Assembly: GCA_963828735.1 (NCBI GenBank) | Contig: CAWHFW010000002.1 | Span: 256,001 to 320,000, forward strand | Reading direction: 5' to 3' | DNA length: 64,000 nucleotides | Source: an uncultured Gemmatimonadales bacterium | GTDB taxonomy: Bacteria > Gemmatimonadota > Gemmatimonadetes > Gemmatimonadales > GWC2-71-9 | In this document: piece by piece, positions 62,518 to 64,000 of the stretch | Numbering within the stretch: position 1 is the stretch's first letter | How the letters are laid out: the number at the start of each line of letters is the position of its first letter | Notes under the pieces: generated by a model | What the model was told of the DNA's origin: nothing | Seen by the model: the letters and a program-made list of their open reading frames with translations, nothing else | Databases searched by the model: none | Program-made: the position numbers and the translations under genes

Positions 62518-63339
62518 TCAGGCGGCCTTCTTCCCCCAGGCGACCATCATGTATCCCTCGGAGAACGGAATGAGCTGGTCGAGCATGGTCCACGCCCGCA
62601 ACGCGGGGTAGACAGCGGAATATACCTTGTACGCAGTGCCGACCTTGTTGAGGGCTTCGGCCGACATCGGCGCCGTGTCACCGTGGAAATCCTGCTCCTT
62701 CGTCTTCTTTCCCTTCATCGCTTTTCGGTGATACGCGAAGTTGAGCATGTCCTCCAGCGACTCCGTGAAGAAGCGGCAATAGCTGGTCTGCCCCTGGACC
62801 CGGAGACCATGTCGCTCCATCAAGGCCCGGCCGGCCGCGAGCGGATAGCCGTCTCGCGCATGACCGAATCCTTCCTGGTCGGCCGTAAAGCCAAGCAGGC
62901 GCTTGATGGCGAACCCGGGCCGTCCGTGGTCCCCCTTCGGCGCCATGAACAGGAAATCACCGCCGGGCTTGAGCACCCGCACCATCTCGGCGAAGAATGT
63001 CTCGTCGTCCTCGATGTGCTCGAGAAAATTAATCGCCGCCACGAGATCGAAGGTGCCCGACTTGAACGGTACCGTTCGGTCGTCGATCTGGAGTACCCGG
63101 TCGCCGACCAGCTGCTTGGCCGACCGGACGTGGTCGCGCTCGAAGTCGGCGCTGGTCCAGGTCCCGCCGCGCTCCCGGAGGAAGTGCGAGGTGAGGCCCG
63201 TTCCGCAGCCGACCTCGAGGCAGACCCGCCCCTGCACCGAGGGAAGGTGGCTCAGCATCGCGTCCACGGTCTGACGCTTCTTCAGCGAACGGCGGAAGAG
63301 CTGCAGTTGCCAGGGCTCGGTCAAGAGCGAAATCTCCAC
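62518..63339 (-). CDS. Class I SAM-dependent methyltransferase (start uncertain)
   Basis: LEVGCGTG, FDLV, LEHIEDD, RVLKPGG. Confidence 0.88.
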   Translation of the reverse strand: MEISLLTEPWQLQLFRRSLKKRQTVDAMLSHLPSVQGRVCLEVGCGTGLTSHFLRERGGTWTSADFERDHVRSAKQLVGDRVLQIDDRTVPFKSGTFDLVAAINFLEHIEDDETFFAEMVRVLKPGGDFLFMAPKGDHGRPGFAIKRLLGFTADQEGFGHARDGYPLAAGRALMERHGLRVQGQTSYCRFFTESLEDMLNFAYHRKAMKGKKTKEQDFHGDTAPMSAEALNKVGTAYKVYSAVYPALRAWTMLDQLIPFSEGYMMVAWGKKAA

Positions 63340-63406
63340 GAAAGTCTGTGCATGATAGTGTGTTACCAATGCGCGATCCGTGACGAATGACCGTCGCCGT
63401 CCACGT

Positions 63407-64000
63407 CTAGGCGACTTCGCCCGCCCCGCGGTACGCCTCGTAGGTGCGACGGACCCCGTCGGCGAGGTCGACCTGAGGTGACCAGCCGAGCAGGTGCCGC
63501 GCCCGCGAGGTATCGAAGGCCGAATCACTGGTGAAGAAGTCCATCCTTCGCCGGTAGATCGGCGGATCGACCTTGATCGCCTGGCAGAGGTCCTCGACGA
63601 CCGCCGCCGCCCCCAGCATGGGGGCGAGCGGCAGCCGCCAGCCGAACCTCGAGCTTCCCGTGGCCTGGCGCACCGTCTCGATCAGCTCGCGGAGCGTGCA
63701 CGGCCGGGGGCCCGCCACGATCATCCCTTCGCCGACCGCCTCCGATCGCTCGCAGGCCGCGAAGAACGCCGACACGACGTCGTCCACGAACACCATGTGG
63801 CGCCGTCCAGAGCCGTCGCCGAAGAGCGGGAATCGCCCCCGGCTCACGCCCTTGAACAGCTTCAGCAGCCGCTGGTCCCGCGGGCCATACACGTCGGCGG
63901 GCCGCAGGATGCTGTACGGCACGCCCGTCTCCGGTGCGAGCTGCCGGACCATCCGCTCCGCGGACACCTTGGTGCGCTCGTAGATGTTTCCCGGACGCAG
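63407..64000 (-). CDS. NAD-dependent epimerase/dehydratase (C-terminal part)
   Basis: YERTK (YxxxK), LRPADVYGPRD, VFVDDV, LLGWSPQV. Confidence 0.9.
   Translation of the reverse strand: MRPGNIYERTKVSAERMVRQLAPETGVPYSILRPADVYGPRDQRLLKLFKGVSRGRFPLFGDGSGRRHMVFVDDVVSAFFAACERSEAVGEGMIVAGPRPCTLRELIETVRQATGSSRFGWRLPLAPMLGAAAVVEDLCQAIKVDPPIYRRRMDFFTSDSAFDTSRARHLLGWSPQVDLADGVRRTYEAYRGAGEVA

Overview
GC-rich bacterial chromosome segment. Gene content and order suggest a Gemmatimonadota-like soil bacterium (inference, no search run). It has four parts. (1) 1-15.5 kb: ftsH-hpt-tilS, preceded by a tightly coupled phosphate/polyphosphate-themed cluster. The cluster encodes a DUF4956 membrane protein, two Ser/Thr kinases, a CYTH + Nudix-like + PPK1 fusion, an Omp85-type barrel with an atypical kinase-like N-terminal domain, an SdiA-regulated-type propeller and a lipoprotein metallophosphoesterase. 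This is the best candidate for an undescribed system. (2) 15.7-26.2 kb: an accessory region with an ~8 kb element integrated in tRNA-Met(CAT). It has a 42-bp att duplication, Xis plus an atypical tyrosine integrase, a PKD lipoprotein, a decayed TolB-like gene and duplicated receiver modules. (3) 26.3-55.3 kb: mostly housekeeping genes (hybrid kinase, ftsB, eno, thiL, nnr, glyA, rpiB, Leu dehydrogenase, hbd, bioY, thiolase, thrS, valS, selA, gmhB, purN, purH, DUF2723). (4) 55.4-64 kb: arsR-arsM-arsN2-arsC with visible operators, a sensor kinase, tRNA-Ser(TGA), DoxX and the end of a glycan-modification cluster. Several single-base frameshifts, including in essential valS, probably reflect assembly indel errors.
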